This document shows, in pieces, positions 1 through 10,021 of a stretch of 64,000 nucleotides of DNA. The notes under the pieces are model-generated. The model did no database searches and had not been told where the DNA came from. It was given only the letters and a program-made list of their open reading frames with translations. The position numbers were made by a program, and so were the translations under genes. The DNA comes from Candidatus Rariloculaceae bacterium (lineage in GTDB: Bacteria; Pseudomonadota; Gammaproteobacteria; Steroidobacterales; Rariloculaceae), in contig OZ253541.1 of NCBI GenBank assembly GCA_965262365.1, positions 4,939,843 through 5,003,842 of the forward strand, read 5' to 3'. The first letter of the stretch is position 1. Every line of letters begins with the position of its first letter.

Positions 1-388
1 AAGCCACCAGGGGAGCGATCACCACGTCCAGATGCCGCGGGTCGATGCAATCCCTGGTGGCCGGCTCAAGGATGCCGAAGCGGTTCTCGCGTAGCGGCGT
101 ATCGTACGTGAGTCGTGCAAATCGCAGCGTCTCCCCGAGCAGCACCGGCGCGTAAATCCGCTGCCCCCGCGCGTACGCGCCGGTCGCGAGCGGCGCCGGA
201 TCGGCCTCGCCGTCCACGGCCAGGTAGATCGCCACGGACCTGGCGCGCCATAGCGGCGACAGTCGCCGCAGCCGGCGCGCGGCCTGGTGCTGCGCAGTCT
301 GGCGCTGCGCCCCGGACAGGGACCTGCGCCGTTCCCGAATCCGGCGGCGCAGGGCGTTGCGGGAATCAGCACCCGTTGAGATGCTCAC
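1..388 (-). CDS. ygfA: 5-formyltetrahydrofolate cyclo-ligase, 3' end runs off the window start
   Basis: Not in the ORF track because there is no stop inside the window. My translation of the third minus frame from GTG at 388 reads VSISTGADSRNALRRRIRERRRSLSGAQRQ..VAIYLAVDGEADPAPL..QRIYAPVLLGETLRFARL..NRFGILEPATRDCIDPRHLDVVIAPLVA, the 5-FCL pattern. It lies directly downstream of the 6S RNA, as in E. coli ssrS-ygfA. Confidence 0.75.
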   Translation of the reverse strand, partial: MSISTGADSRNALRRRIRERRRSLSGAQRQTAQHQAARRLRRLSPLWRARSVAIYLAVDGEADPAPLATGAYARGQRIYAPVLLGETLRFARLTYDTPLRENRFGILEPATRDCIDPRHLDVVIAPLVA

Positions 389-451
389 GGCGCGGTGTCC
401 GGGCGCGGCGCGGGACTTTTGCCAAAGGCAGTCGGGACGCCCCCTGAAAGG

Positions 452-645
452 ATGACGCTCCCCGTTGGCGCCGTTGCGGACCGTTGCCCTCGAACCAGAG
501 CAATAGGTGGGGTAAGCCGTGGTGGTTGAAGGCTTCCCGGCCAGGCCGGGTCTGCACAACGCCACCGACAGAACACAACCCCGAGGTCAAGATTTAGGGT
601 CGAAAGTCTGTCCAATCCGCATCGCACGCTACAGGGAGCGCCGTA
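452..645 (-). ncRNA. ssrS: 6S RNA (ends approximate)
   Basis: Lies in the non-coding gap between zapA and ygfA, the classic ssrS position. On the minus strand the 5' CGCTCCC (plus 634-640) pairs with 3' GGGGAGCG (plus 456-463), extended by GCGTGCGATGCGGA / TCCGCAACGGCGC. Internal GGAAGCCTTCAACC and CTGGTTCGAGGG resemble E. coli 6S GAAGCCTTAAAAC and the 3' CAAGGGTTCAAGGG region. Confidence 0.65.
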
Positions 646-669
646 ACTTGGTGCCGGTTGGTTCCAGCA

Positions 670-984
670 CTATGAGTGTAACCGCTGGTCGGGCTTCAGC
701 GCCGCATCGAGGCGTTCGCTCATGGCCCGGACGCGCGGAACGATGTTGTCCTTCAATTGTCGCTCGTCTCCGGATCGTCTCAACAGTTCATTGGCCATAT
801 TGAGCGCCGCCATGATCGCGATGCGGTCCAGCCCGATCACCTTGCCGCTGTCGCGGATCTCGCGCATCTTCTTGTTGAGCAGTTCCACCGACGCCAGCAG
901 GTTGGCCTTCTCCTCGGCGGGGCAGGAGACCTGGTACTCCTTCTCGAGTATCCGGATCGTGATGTGCGCGAACATCTCGCTCAC
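670..984 (-). CDS. zapA: cell division protein ZapA
   Basis: 104 aa: ITIRILEKEYQVSCPAEEKANLLASVELLNKKMREIRDSGKVIGLDRIAIMAALNMANELL is the canonical ZapA pattern. Synteny with 6S RNA and ygfA. Confidence 0.9.
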   Translation of the reverse strand: MSEMFAHITIRILEKEYQVSCPAEEKANLLASVELLNKKMREIRDSGKVIGLDRIAIMAALNMANELLRRSGDERQLKDNIVPRVRAMSERLDAALKPDQRLHS

Positions 985-1214
985 GGCGTGTTTTCCATGG
1001 CCTTGAGCCGTGTGATCATTGCTTCTACCCGGGACCGAACCTGGTCATTCATCTGGATCAACTTGGCCCGCTCCTCCATCAGGTTGTCCTGTCGCTGTTT
1101 CAGCGAAACGTTCTCACCCTGAAGTTGCCGGCAGATGACCAGCAACTCGTCCAGCCGTTTTTCGAGCCTCACAAGCTCCAGCTCGAAGTGGTGATTGCCG
1201 GCCTCGGAATTCAT
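981..1214 (-). CDS. small coiled-coil protein (TIGR02449/ZapB-like), 77 aa
   Basis: Only the C-terminal part of ORF 981..1616 looks real: MNSEAGNHHFELELVRLEKRLDELLVICRQLQGENVSLKQRQDNLMEERAKLIQMNDQVRSRVEAMITRLKAMENTP. The ATG at 1214 was verified in the sequence. The stop overlaps the zapA start by 4 nt. Small coiled-coil genes precede zapA in Pseudomonas-type genomes. Confidence 0.55.
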   Translation of the reverse strand: MNSEAGNHHFELELVRLEKRLDELLVICRQLQGENVSLKQRQDNLMEERAKLIQMNDQVRSRVEAMITRLKAMENTP

Positions 1215-1286
1215 CGAATCACTATAGAACCGGGTAGCCACAGGGGTCAACAGAGGGCCGCGCAGTGGTAGCATTGTCCGCCCCAA

Positions 1287-2627
1287 ATGCTGGAGACGGA
1301 CCCCTTGACTGCGCAAACCGCGGCATCCCGGGAATACGCCAGACGCCGCCGACACCTGATGGAACTCATGGGGTCCGGCGGGATCGCCGTGCTGCCGGCG
1401 GCCCCCGTTTGCCGGCGCAGCCGCGATACCCGGTACGAATACCGTCAGGACAGCGATTTCTACTACCTGACGGGATTCGGCGAGCCCGAATCCGTGGCCG
1501 TACTGGTGCCCGGCCGGCCCGAGGGCGAGTTCATCGTGTTCTGCCGGGAGCGCGATCCGCTGCGGGAGCGATGGGACGGCCTTCGTGCGGGGCCCGAGGG
1601 TGCGGTGGCCGGCCATGCGGCCGATGACGCGTTCCCCATCGACGATATCGACGAGATCCTGCCGGGGCTGCTTGAGCGCAGCGAGCGGGTCTACTACGCC
1701 ATGGGAGCGTCGGACTCATTCGATGGGCAATTGATGGAGTGGATGCACCGGCTGCAAAGCAACCGCCAGCGGGGCGGCGCGCCCGACGAACTGGTGTCCC
1801 TGGATCATCTCCTGCACGAGATGCGCCTGTTCAAGAGCCGCAACGAGATCGGGGTCATGCAGCGCTCGGCCCGGCTCGCCGTCGCCGCGCACCGGCGGGC
1901 AATGACTGTCTGCAAGCCGGGGATGCACGAATACGAACTGGAAGCGGAGTTCCGCCACGAGTTTGCCCGCCACGGCGCCCAGTGTTCCTACACGCCCATC
2001 GTCGCCTCGGGGGCCAACGCCTGCATCCTGCACTACACCGAGAACCGGGCCCCACTGAAGTCCGGCGACCTGGTGCTCATCGACGCCGGCTGCGAGTACC
2101 GCATGTACGCGTCGGACGTGACCCGCACCTTTCCGGTCAACGGCCGTTACAGCGAGCCCCAGCGGGAACTCTACGACATCGTCCACGCGGCCCACGCCGC
2201 CGCGGTGGACTCGGTGCGGTGCGGCAATCACTGGAACGATCCCCACGACGCTGCCGTGCGCGAGATCACCCGCGGTCTCAGGGAAATTGGGATTCTCAAG
2301 GGCCGGCTCGGGGACCTGGTGAGCAAGGGGGCCTACCGGCCGTATTTCATGCACAAGACGGGGCACTGGCTGGGCATCGACGTGCACGACGTCGGCGACT
2401 ACAAGCTGGATCAGCAGTGGCGGCTGCTGGAACCGGGGATGGTCATGACCGTTGAACCCGGCATTTACGTATCGAGCGACGCCGACAAGGCCGCCGCCCG
2501 CTGGCGGGGCATCGGCATTCGCCTGGAGGATGACGTGCACCTGAGCCGGGACGGCCCCCGGATTCTGAGCCGGGATCTGCCATCGAGCGCCGAGGAGATC
2601 GAGGCGTTCATGGACCGGGTCCACTGA
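1287..2627 (+). CDS. pepP: Xaa-Pro aminopeptidase (aminopeptidase P)
   Basis: 446 aa with YRQDSDFYYLTGF, DLVLIDAGCEY, HKTGHWLGIDVHD and VMTVEPGIY motifs of M24B PepP. pepP-ubiH-ubiI order as in E. coli. Confidence 0.9.
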   Translation: MLETDPLTAQTAASREYARRRRHLMELMGSGGIAVLPAAPVCRRSRDTRYEYRQDSDFYYLTGFGEPESVAVLVPGRPEGEFIVFCRERDPLRERWDGLRAGPEGAVAGHAADDAFPIDDIDEILPGLLERSERVYYAMGASDSFDGQLMEWMHRLQSNRQRGGAPDELVSLDHLLHEMRLFKSRNEIGVMQRSARLAVAAHRRAMTVCKPGMHEYELEAEFRHEFARHGAQCSYTPIVASGANACILHYTENRAPLKSGDLVLIDAGCEYRMYASDVTRTFPVNGRYSEPQRELYDIVHAAHAAAVDSVRCGNHWNDPHDAAVREITRGLREIGILKGRLGDLVSKGAYRPYFMHKTGHWLGIDVHDVGDYKLDQQWRLLEPGMVMTVEPGIYVSSDADKAAARWRGIGIRLEDDVHLSRDGPRILSRDLPSSAEEIEAFMDRVH

Positions 2628-2659
2628 GTTTCCGCGGGCCGGCCCGAGACGTGCGATCC

Positions 2660-3892
2660 ATGCCAACCGAGTGCGAGGTGCTCATCGTCGGCGGCGGGCT
2701 GGTGGGTTCGACGCTGGCTCACGCCCTGGCGCAGATTCCCGTCTCCACGGTATTGGTCGAGGAGCACGACCCCGGGCACCTGAAAGAGCCGGGATTCGAT
2801 GACCGATCCACGGCGCTGGCCAGCGGCAGCCAGCGGATTCTCCACGGTCTCGGCGTCTGGGACGAAGTCGCCGGCGAGGCGGAGCCCATCCGGACCATTC
2901 ACATTTCCGAGCGCGGCCGTTTCGGCGCGACGCGGATCCACGCCACCCAGGAAGGCGTCCCCGCGCTGGGCTACACGGTCGAGAACAGGGTACTGACCGG
3001 CACCGTGTGGCCGAAGATCCGCGCCGCCGAGGCGGTGACCTGCCTGGCGCCCGGGCGGCTGGAGGACTTCAAGGTCGAGGCCTCGGGCGTCACGGCCAGC
3101 GTCGGCACGGGCGGATCGAGCCACACGATCCGGGCGCGGCTGCTGGTGGCGGCCGACGGCGCGCGCTCGAGGGTGCGCAGCGCGCTGGGCATCGGCGTTC
3201 GCGAGGACGACTACGGCCAGAAGGGCGTCATCCTCAACTGCGAGACCGAGATGCCGCACAATGGCCGGGCGTTCGAGCGCTTCACGCCCACCGGTCCCCT
3301 CGCCATGCTCCCGCTGGGGCGCGGCCGCATGGCGGTGGTCTGGACGTTGCCCCGCGAAGAAGGGGATCGCGTCGGCGCCCTCGATGACGAGCCGTTCGGT
3401 GACGCGCTGCAACGGGCCTTCGGCTACCGGCTCGGCCGCATCCGCCAGATCGGCGTGCGCAGCGCCTGGCCGCTGCACCGGGTCCGGGCTGATTCGCTGA
3501 GCGCAACTCGGGCGGTATTGGTGGGCAACGCCGCGTTCAGCCTGCACCCGGTGGCAGGCCAGGGATTCAACCTGGCGCTGCGGGACATCGCGGCACTCGC
3601 CGAGTTGATCTGCGACGCTCGCCGCGACGACCCCGATGCCGACCCCGGGGCGGCAGTGGTGCTCGACCGCTACGCCGCCTGGCGCGCGGCCGATCAGCGG
3701 CGAATCGCCGAATTCACCCACGGATTGATGAGGTTGTTCACCATCGATGCCGCGCCTCTGGCGGTCTCCCGCGGCCTGGGCCTGATGGCTTTCGACCTGG
3801 TTCCGGGCGCCAAGCGCTGGCTGGCCCGCCAGGCCATGGGTCTGGGAGGTCGCGTGTCGCGCCTGGCCCGCGGCTTGCGGCTGACGCCTTGA
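2660..3892 (+). CDS. ubiH: 2-octaprenyl-6-methoxyphenol hydroxylase (UbiH family FAD monooxygenase)
   Basis: N-terminal VLIVGGGLVGSTLA Rossmann motif; LLVAADGARSRVR; GNAAFSLHPVAGQGFNLALRD. I chose the ATG at 2660 rather than the GTG at 2651. Confidence 0.8.
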   Translation: MPTECEVLIVGGGLVGSTLAHALAQIPVSTVLVEEHDPGHLKEPGFDDRSTALASGSQRILHGLGVWDEVAGEAEPIRTIHISERGRFGATRIHATQEGVPALGYTVENRVLTGTVWPKIRAAEAVTCLAPGRLEDFKVEASGVTASVGTGGSSHTIRARLLVAADGARSRVRSALGIGVREDDYGQKGVILNCETEMPHNGRAFERFTPTGPLAMLPLGRGRMAVVWTLPREEGDRVGALDDEPFGDALQRAFGYRLGRIRQIGVRSAWPLHRVRADSLSATRAVLVGNAAFSLHPVAGQGFNLALRDIAALAELICDARRDDPDADPGAAVVLDRYAAWRAADQRRIAEFTHGLMRLFTIDAAPLAVSRGLGLMAFDLVPGAKRWLARQAMGLGGRVSRLARGLRLTP

Positions 3893-5124
3893 ACACGTCG
3901 TCCCGCCCGCCGCGTACCGTGGTGATCGCCGGAGGCGGGCCGGTGGGCCTGGCCCTGGCAGCCTTGCTGGGCCGCGGCGCGGACGACCTGGACATACGCC
4001 TGTACGAGCCTCGTCCGGCGCCGCAGTGGAATCCCGAGGGGATGGATCTCAGGGTCTATGCGCTGTCGCGGGCTTCCCAGAACATCCTCGGGCACCTGGG
4101 CGCCTGGAACGCCATTGCCGAGTCGCGCGCCAGCCCTTACCGCCTCATGCGGGTATGGCACGGCGAATCGTTTACCGGCGCCGGCACGCTCACGTTCGAC
4201 AGCGCCGACTCCGGCGAACCGGATCTCGGGCACATCGTCGAGGACGTCCTGTGCCGCGACCGGATATGGCAGGTGCTGCAGGACACCAACGTAAGGGTGT
4301 CCTTCGGTGCCAGGATCGCGTCGGTGGAACCCGGGGACCGTGCCGTGGAGGTCATCACCGAGGCGGGCGAGACGGTGGCCGCCACCGTGTTGGTCGCCGC
4401 CGACGGCAGTGCGTCGCCGATTCGCGAGCGGCTGAAATTGCCCGTCACCGAGTTCTCCTACGGACAGCGCGCCGTGGTTACCCATGTGACGACCGAACGC
4501 AGCCACCAGAAAACTGCCTGGCAGCGATTCCTGCCCGACGGTCCGGTGGCGTTTCTGCCGTTGCTGGATGGCCGCAGTTCCGTGGTCTGGTCCACCGGAT
4601 CGGAGCATGCCGAAGCCTTGTGCGGGGCCGCCGAGGATGACTTCCTGGCCGAACTGCAAACCGCCGCAGGCGGCGCACTGGGGCGAATCCGGTCCGCTTC
4701 CAGGCGCGTGAGCTTCCCCCTGAGGGCCATCCATGCAAACCAGTACTGCCGTCCCCGGGTGGCGTTGGTAGGTGATGCCGCCCACACCGTACACCCACTG
4801 GCGGGGCAGGGCATGAACCTCGGTCTGCTCGACGCCGCGGTGCTGGCGGAGGAGATCCGCAATGCGCTGGGCCGCGACGAAGATCCCGGTGACCAAAGGG
4901 TATTGCGCCGCTACGAGCGCCGCCGCAAGGGAGAGAACCTGAAGATGCTCCTGGCCCTGGACGGCCTGAACAGGCTGTTCCGTTTGTCTGCGCCGGTCAT
5001 GCCGAGGCTACGGGCGATGGGGTTGAGCGCCGTCGACGGCGTACCGTTGCTGAAGGGTCTTTTCATGAACGAGGCGCTTGGAACGCGCGGCGACCTGCCG
5101 GAGGCTGCCCGGTCGTTTAGGTAG
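3889..5124 (+). CDS. ubiI: UbiH/UbiF/VisC/COQ6-family FAD monooxygenase (UbiI-like)
   Basis: VVIAGGGPVGLALA, VLVAADGSASPIRE, GDAAHTVHPLAGQGMNLGLLD. TTG start overlaps the ubiH stop (TTGA at 3889-3892). Position matches E. coli visC/ubiI. Confidence 0.75.
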   Translation: MNTSSRPPRTVVIAGGGPVGLALAALLGRGADDLDIRLYEPRPAPQWNPEGMDLRVYALSRASQNILGHLGAWNAIAESRASPYRLMRVWHGESFTGAGTLTFDSADSGEPDLGHIVEDVLCRDRIWQVLQDTNVRVSFGARIASVEPGDRAVEVITEAGETVAATVLVAADGSASPIRERLKLPVTEFSYGQRAVVTHVTTERSHQKTAWQRFLPDGPVAFLPLLDGRSSVVWSTGSEHAEALCGAAEDDFLAELQTAAGGALGRIRSASRRVSFPLRAIHANQYCRPRVALVGDAAHTVHPLAGQGMNLGLLDAAVLAEEIRNALGRDEDPGDQRVLRRYERRRKGENLKMLLALDGLNRLFRLSAPVMPRLRAMGLSAVDGVPLLKGLFMNEALGTRGDLPEAARSFR

Positions 5125-5242
5125 GTGGGTTGCGGGTGTGTGTGGACAGCGCTCGCTGTAACGCTTGGGGGGAGATTCGTGGGCCGAAGACACGCTATCC
5201 GCGCTGACTTGAGCTAAAATAGTCGCCTCAATCGCACGAATC

Positions 5243-5432
5243 CGTCGGAGAGACTTCGCTCGACAACGCCCCTGAAGGGCAGGGCGAGCGAAGCGCCGAA
5301 GGCGCAACCACCGCTTGGAAACGCTCAGGCAAACGGACGGCGGATTCTGATTGGCTCTGGAGAGCGGCCCCGCGGGGTCCACCGAAGGTGAGCGGCGCAA
5401 CGCGCCTAATCTCTCAGGTAACCGGACAGAGA
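5243..5432 (+). promoter_or_regulatory. tandem glycine riboswitch (two aptamers) in the gcvT leader
   Basis: Aptamer 1, about 5247-5337: GGAGAGACTTCGC..GCGAAGCGCCGAAGGCGCAACC..GAAACGCTCAGGCAAACGGAC. Aptamer 2, about 5357-5431: CTGGAGAGCGGCCCCGCGGGGTCCACCGAAGGTGAGCGGCGCAACGCGCCTAATCTCTCAGGTAACCGGACAGAG. Both carry the GGAGAG / CACCGAAGG / CTCTCAGG / GGAC core, upstream of the glycine cleavage operon. Confidence 0.8.
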
Positions 5433-5435
5433 AGC

Positions 5436-5493
5436 GGCGGATCGAGCCTGCGCATGAAAACCATGTGCGGTGCGCGAAACCGCCGTTTTTTTT
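5436..5493 (+). terminator. hairpin plus U-run, putative riboswitch expression platform
   Basis: GGCGG(5436-5440)...CCGCC(5480-5484) encloses an inner GCATG..CATGT hairpin and is followed by a run of 8 T (5486-5493), about 70 nt before the gcvT ATG. The pairing scheme was judged only by eye. Confidence 0.4.
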
Positions 5494-5562
5494 GAATCCG
5501 GAGAGCGGCTGGACGGGGATGAACGGAGGCGGCGAATCGCCTCCACGGTAGGCCGGAATGCG

Positions 5563-6675
5563 ATGAGCGATCTGAAACACACGGTACTGCACGCAGCGCA
5601 CCTGAGCGCCGGTGCACGAATGGCCCCGTTCGCCGGCTGGCACATGCCGGTGGCCTACGGCAGCCAGATCGACGAGCATCACGCGGTGCGCCGCGCCGCG
5701 GGCATGTTCGACGTATCCCACATGACCATCGTGGATGCCGCCGGCCCGGGCGCAAAGCCGTTTCTCCAACGACTCCTCGCCAACGATGTCGGCAAGCTGG
5801 ACCGCCGGCGCGGCCGCTTCGACTGCACGGCGCTGTATAGCTGCATGCTCGACGAGAGCGGCGGGATCCTGGACGACCTGATCGTCTACCGGTTCGCCGA
5901 TGACAGCTACCGGCTGATCGTCAATGCCGGCACCCGCGACAAGGACCTGGCCTGGCTCGACGATCGGGCGGCCGGTTTCGATGTGGACCTCGCGGAGCGG
6001 GACGACCTGGCGATGATCGCCGTGCAGGGCCCCGAAGCCCGCGGGACTGCATTGCCCCTGGTGCCCGGAACTGCCGACATCGGCGCACTACCACCGTTCA
6101 CCGCAGCGCGCGCCGACGGATGGTTGCTGGCCAGGACCGGCTACACCGGCGAGGATGGCCTGGAGATCATGCTGCCGCAGGATCAGGCAGAGGCGCTGTG
6201 GAACGCATTGCAGGCGCGGGGCGTCGCCCCCAGCGGCCTGGGCGCCCGCGACACCCTGCGCCTGGAAGCCGGCATGAACCTGTACGGCCAGGACATGGAC
6301 GAGACCGTGACGCCGCTGGAATGCGGGCTCAGGTGGACCGTGGACTTCGGTGGCGAGCGCGCGTTCATTGGCCGCCGGGGCCTGGAAGAGCGCCTCGGCG
6401 CCGGTACGACCCAGGTGCAGGCGGGCCTGATCCTCGAGGGTCGCGGCGTGCTCCGGTCCGGCTATCCGGTGGAGTCGGCGGCCGGTGAGGGCGTCGTCAC
6501 CAGCGGCACGTTCTCGCCGACCCTGGGCCGGGCCATCGCCCTGGCCAGGGTGCCGGCCGGTACCGAAAGCCCCTGCCATGTCTTCATTCGCGGGCGCAAA
6601 CTGCCCGTTCGCGTTGTCAAGCCACCGTTCGTGCGTAACGGCAGGATTCTGGTGGACCTGGAACCGACTGACTAA
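5563..6675 (+). CDS. gcvT: aminomethyltransferase, glycine cleavage T protein
   Basis: MSDLKHTVLHAAHLSAGARMAPFAGWHMPVAYG...GYTGEDGLEI. I chose the internal ATG at 5563 (verified); the upstream part of ORF 5470.. overlaps the riboswitch terminator. Confidence 0.9.
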   Translation: MSDLKHTVLHAAHLSAGARMAPFAGWHMPVAYGSQIDEHHAVRRAAGMFDVSHMTIVDAAGPGAKPFLQRLLANDVGKLDRRRGRFDCTALYSCMLDESGGILDDLIVYRFADDSYRLIVNAGTRDKDLAWLDDRAAGFDVDLAERDDLAMIAVQGPEARGTALPLVPGTADIGALPPFTAARADGWLLARTGYTGEDGLEIMLPQDQAEALWNALQARGVAPSGLGARDTLRLEAGMNLYGQDMDETVTPLECGLRWTVDFGGERAFIGRRGLEERLGAGTTQVQAGLILEGRGVLRSGYPVESAAGEGVVTSGTFSPTLGRAIALARVPAGTESPCHVFIRGRKLPVRVVKPPFVRNGRILVDLEPTD

Positions 6676-6687
6676 GGAGGAGAATTC

Positions 6688-7083
6688 ATGAGCGAGATTC
6701 CGGCTCATCTGAAGTACACGAAGGATCACGAGTGGATCGCGGAGGCCGATGACGGCACCGTGATCGTGGGCATCACCGATCATGCGCAGGAAGCGCTCGG
6801 TGACCTTGTCTTCGTGGAGCTTCCGGAGATGCACAGGGAAGTCGAATCGGGGGATGTCTGCGCGGTCGTGGAGTCGGTGAAGGCCGCTTCCGACGTGTAT
6901 TCCCCGCTGGCCGGCCAAATCGCCGCAGTCAACACCGCCCTTGACGATTCACCGGAACTCGTCAATGCGGATCCCCACGGCGAGGGCTGGTTGTTTCGGT
7001 TAACCCCTGCCTCGCCGACGGAAATGGAAGAATTGCTCGACGCCGACGCCTACGAACGGATCCTGGCGGAAATGGACGACTAG
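6688..7083 (+). CDS. gcvH: glycine cleavage system H protein
   Basis: 131 aa: [41 protein letters not shown] (lipoyl-lysine motif). Confidence 0.95.
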   Translation: MSEIPAHLKYTKDHEWIAEADDGTVIVGITDHAQEALGDLVFVELPEMHREVESGDVCAVVESVKAASDVYSPLAGQIAAVNTALDDSPELVNADPHGEGWLFRLTPASPTEMEELLDADAYERILAEMDD

Positions 7084-7086
7084 GGC

Positions 7087-8463
7087 ATGCCGTTCATTCC
7101 ACATACCCAGGCCGACACCGATGCCATGCTCAGGGCCATCGGCGTCCACGAGATCGATGATCTGTTTGCGGAGATTCCCGGCGAACTGAAGCTGGAAGCC
7201 CTTGAGGGCATTCCCGAGGCGATCACCGAATCCGAAGTGGGACGTCTCATGCGCCGGCGCGCCGGGCGCGACGAGATGGCCCTGAATTTTCTCGGCGCCG
7301 GCGCCTACGAACACCACATACCCGCGGCGGTATGGGAGCTGACGACCCGGGGCGAGTTCTACAGCGCCTATACGCCGTACCAGGCCGAGGCCAGTCAGGG
7401 GACCCTGCAGGTCATCTACGAGTACCAGACCATGATGGCGAGCCTGACCGGGCTTGAGGTGTCCAACGCATCCCAGTACGACGGCGCCTCGGCGCTGGCC
7501 GAAGCGGTGCTGATGGCCGTGCGCCGCAACCGCAAGTCCCGTTCGCGCCGCGTCCTGGCGCCTCGCACGCTGCACCCCCACTACCGCACCGTTGTCGAGA
7601 CGATCACCTCAGCCCAGGGTATCGAACTGGTGGAACTGCCCTGCGACCCGGCCGGCGGGCAGACCGATGTTGCGGCCCTGGAAAACTTCTCCGGAGAGGA
7701 CATCACTGCCGTGCTGATCCCGCAGCCCAACGTCTTCGGGGTCCTCGAACCCGTGGACGCGATGGCCGACTGGGCTGCCGCCAACGGCGCGATCGCGATC
7801 GGCGTGGTCAACCCCATGGCGCTCGGGCTGCTCAAGCCGCCCGGCGAGTGGGGCGCGGAGGGCGCGCCGATTGCCTGCGGCGAAGGTCAGCCCCTGGGCG
7901 TGCCGCTGAGTTCCGGCGGCCCGTACTTCGGCTTCCTCACCTGCCGACAGGCCCTGGTGCGCCAGTTACCCGGCCGCCTTGTGGGCCGCACGTTGGACCT
8001 GGACGGCAAGCCGGGGTTCACGCTCACCCTGCAGGCCCGGGAACAGCACATCCGCCGCTCCAGGGCCACGTCCAATATCTGCACCAACCAGGGCCTGATG
8101 GTCACCGCCGCCACCATCTACATGAGCCTGCTGGGCCCGGAGGGGCTCAGACGGGTCGCCGCCACCTGTCACGCCCGCACGGCGGCGCTGGCGGCCGGCG
8201 CGACGGCCATCCCCGGCGTGTCCGAGGTGTTCGCGTCGCCGCGGTTCCACGAGGTGGTGCTGCGCCTGCCCGTGGCGGCCCACGGCGTGCTGCGGCGGAT
8301 GCGGGACCGGGGCGTTCTCGGCGGGGTCAACCTCCAGGACTGGTACCCGGAACTGGGCGACGCCGTGCTGGTCTGCGCCACGGAGACGAAGACCGAGGAG
8401 GACATCCGGACCTACCTCGCGGCGCTCCGCGGCGCCATCGAGGCGACGGAGGGCTGCACATGA
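7087..8463 (+). CDS. gcvPA: glycine dehydrogenase (decarboxylating) subunit 1
   Basis: 458 aa: [46 protein letters not shown]. This is the split P-protein architecture. Confidence 0.9.
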   Translation: MPFIPHTQADTDAMLRAIGVHEIDDLFAEIPGELKLEALEGIPEAITESEVGRLMRRRAGRDEMALNFLGAGAYEHHIPAAVWELTTRGEFYSAYTPYQAEASQGTLQVIYEYQTMMASLTGLEVSNASQYDGASALAEAVLMAVRRNRKSRSRRVLAPRTLHPHYRTVVETITSAQGIELVELPCDPAGGQTDVAALENFSGEDITAVLIPQPNVFGVLEPVDAMADWAAANGAIAIGVVNPMALGLLKPPGEWGAEGAPIACGEGQPLGVPLSSGGPYFGFLTCRQALVRQLPGRLVGRTLDLDGKPGFTLTLQAREQHIRRSRATSNICTNQGLMVTAATIYMSLLGPEGLRRVAATCHARTAALAAGATAIPGVSEVFASPRFHEVVLRLPVAAHGVLRRMRDRGVLGGVNLQDWYPELGDAVLVCATETKTEEDIRTYLAALRGAIEATEGCT

Positions 8464-9911
8464 CCGAGCCGCTGGTATTCGAACTGGGCCGGCCCGGACG
8501 CATGGCGGGCGCCCAGGTCCCCGCGGCGGACGTCGCCGTGGACCTGCCGCCCGAGATGTTGCGCGAGTCCGTGCCGCAGTTGCCGGAAGTCACGGAACTG
8601 GACGCCGTTCGCCACTACACGCGGCTTTCCCAGCGGAACTTCTCCATCGACACGCACTTCTACCCACTGGGCTCGTGCACCATGAAGTACAACCCCAGGG
8701 GCTGTAACACCTACGCCATGCTGCCGGGCTTGCTCGGCCGTCATCCTCTGGCGCCCGAAGACGTCTCGCAGGGCTTTCTATCCTGCATGTACGAGTTGCA
8801 GCAGATGCTGTGCCGGGTCACGGGCATGAGGGCGTTCTCGCTGACGCCCATGGCCGGCGCCCAGGGCGAGCTCGCCGGCGTGGCGATGATTCGCGCCTAC
8901 CACCTGGACCGCGGCGACACCGAGCGAACCGAGATTCTGGTCCCGGATGCCGCCCACGGCACCAATCCCGCCACGGCGGTAATGTGCGGCTGCACCGTCC
9001 GCGAACTCCCGACGGCGGCCGACGGCGACATGGATATTGACGCGCTTCGCAAGCTCGTCGGACCGCGCACCGCCGGCATCATGCTCACCAACCCGTCCAC
9101 GCTGGGTGTGTTCGAGCGGCGCATCGGAGAAGTGCAGCAGATCGTTCACGACGCCGGCGGCCTGCTCTATTACGACGGCGCGAACCTGAATGCCATCCTC
9201 GGCAAGGTGCTGCCGGGCGACATGGGATTCGATGTGATCCACATCAATCTCCACAAGACCTTCTCCACTCCTCACGGCGGTGGCGGACCGGGTTCCGGTG
9301 CGGTGGGCGTGGGCGAGCGGCTGGAGCCGTTCCTCCCTACACCGTTCGTGGGCATGGGCCCCGACGGTTACCGCTGGGTGGATGCCGCCGACCATCCGAA
9401 GAGCATCGGCCGCCTGTCCGCCTTCATGGGCAACGCCGGCGTGCTGCTGCGGGCCTACATCTACATGCGGATGCTCGGCCGGTTAGGGATGGAGCGCGTG
9501 GCCGACTACGCGGTTTTGAACGCCAACTACCTCATGGCGCAGCTTGCGGCGGCGGGATACGATCCGGCCTATCCCGAGCGGCTGGCGTGCCACGAGTTCG
9601 TCGTCACGCTCAAGCGGCAGGCCAGGGAGCATGGCCTCACCGCGATGAACCTCGCCAAGGCGCTGCTGGACCGCGGCTTCCACGCCCCGACGACCTATTT
9701 CCCGTTGCTGGTGCCGGAGTGCCTGCTCATCGAGCCCACCGAGACGGAGAGCAAGGAGACGCTGGACCGGTTCATCGCCGCCATGGCCGACATCCTCGCG
9801 GAAGTGCACGCGGACCCGGAGGAGTGCACGTGCGCGCCGCGAACGATGCCGGTGCGGCGGCTGGACGAGGTGCGGGCGGCGCGGCAGCCGGATTTGAGGT
9901 ATCGGCCGTAG
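8460..9911 (+). CDS. gcvPB: glycine dehydrogenase (decarboxylating) subunit 2
   Basis: Start ATG at 8460 overlaps the gcvPA stop (ATGA). [45 protein letters not shown] (PLP-lysine region). The upstream 204 codons of ORF 7848.. are an out-of-frame overlap of gcvPA. Confidence 0.9.
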   Translation: MTEPLVFELGRPGRMAGAQVPAADVAVDLPPEMLRESVPQLPEVTELDAVRHYTRLSQRNFSIDTHFYPLGSCTMKYNPRGCNTYAMLPGLLGRHPLAPEDVSQGFLSCMYELQQMLCRVTGMRAFSLTPMAGAQGELAGVAMIRAYHLDRGDTERTEILVPDAAHGTNPATAVMCGCTVRELPTAADGDMDIDALRKLVGPRTAGIMLTNPSTLGVFERRIGEVQQIVHDAGGLLYYDGANLNAILGKVLPGDMGFDVIHINLHKTFSTPHGGGGPGSGAVGVGERLEPFLPTPFVGMGPDGYRWVDAADHPKSIGRLSAFMGNAGVLLRAYIYMRMLGRLGMERVADYAVLNANYLMAQLAAAGYDPAYPERLACHEFVVTLKRQAREHGLTAMNLAKALLDRGFHAPTTYFPLLVPECLLIEPTETESKETLDRFIAAMADILAEVHADPEECTCAPRTMPVRRLDEVRAARQPDLRYRP

Positions 9912-10021
9912 GGTTTAACGATGGCGGTGGTGGGCGAGGGCGTGCATGCATGGCGCTTGAACGCTGCCGCGCGCACGCTTCTTGAGATTTGTGTCGGGTA
10001 AAAGGGGGTACAATCGGGGGT

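Noticed and set aside
7848-8459. Upstream 204 codons of the ORF containing gcvPB; similarly 27222-27818 for the middle TlpA gene and 43820-44320 for the spondin gene
   Set aside because: These extensions overlap the preceding genes or intergenic DNA, translate to Arg/Pro/Gly-rich nonsense, and are followed by internal starts that give canonical N-termini or signal peptides.
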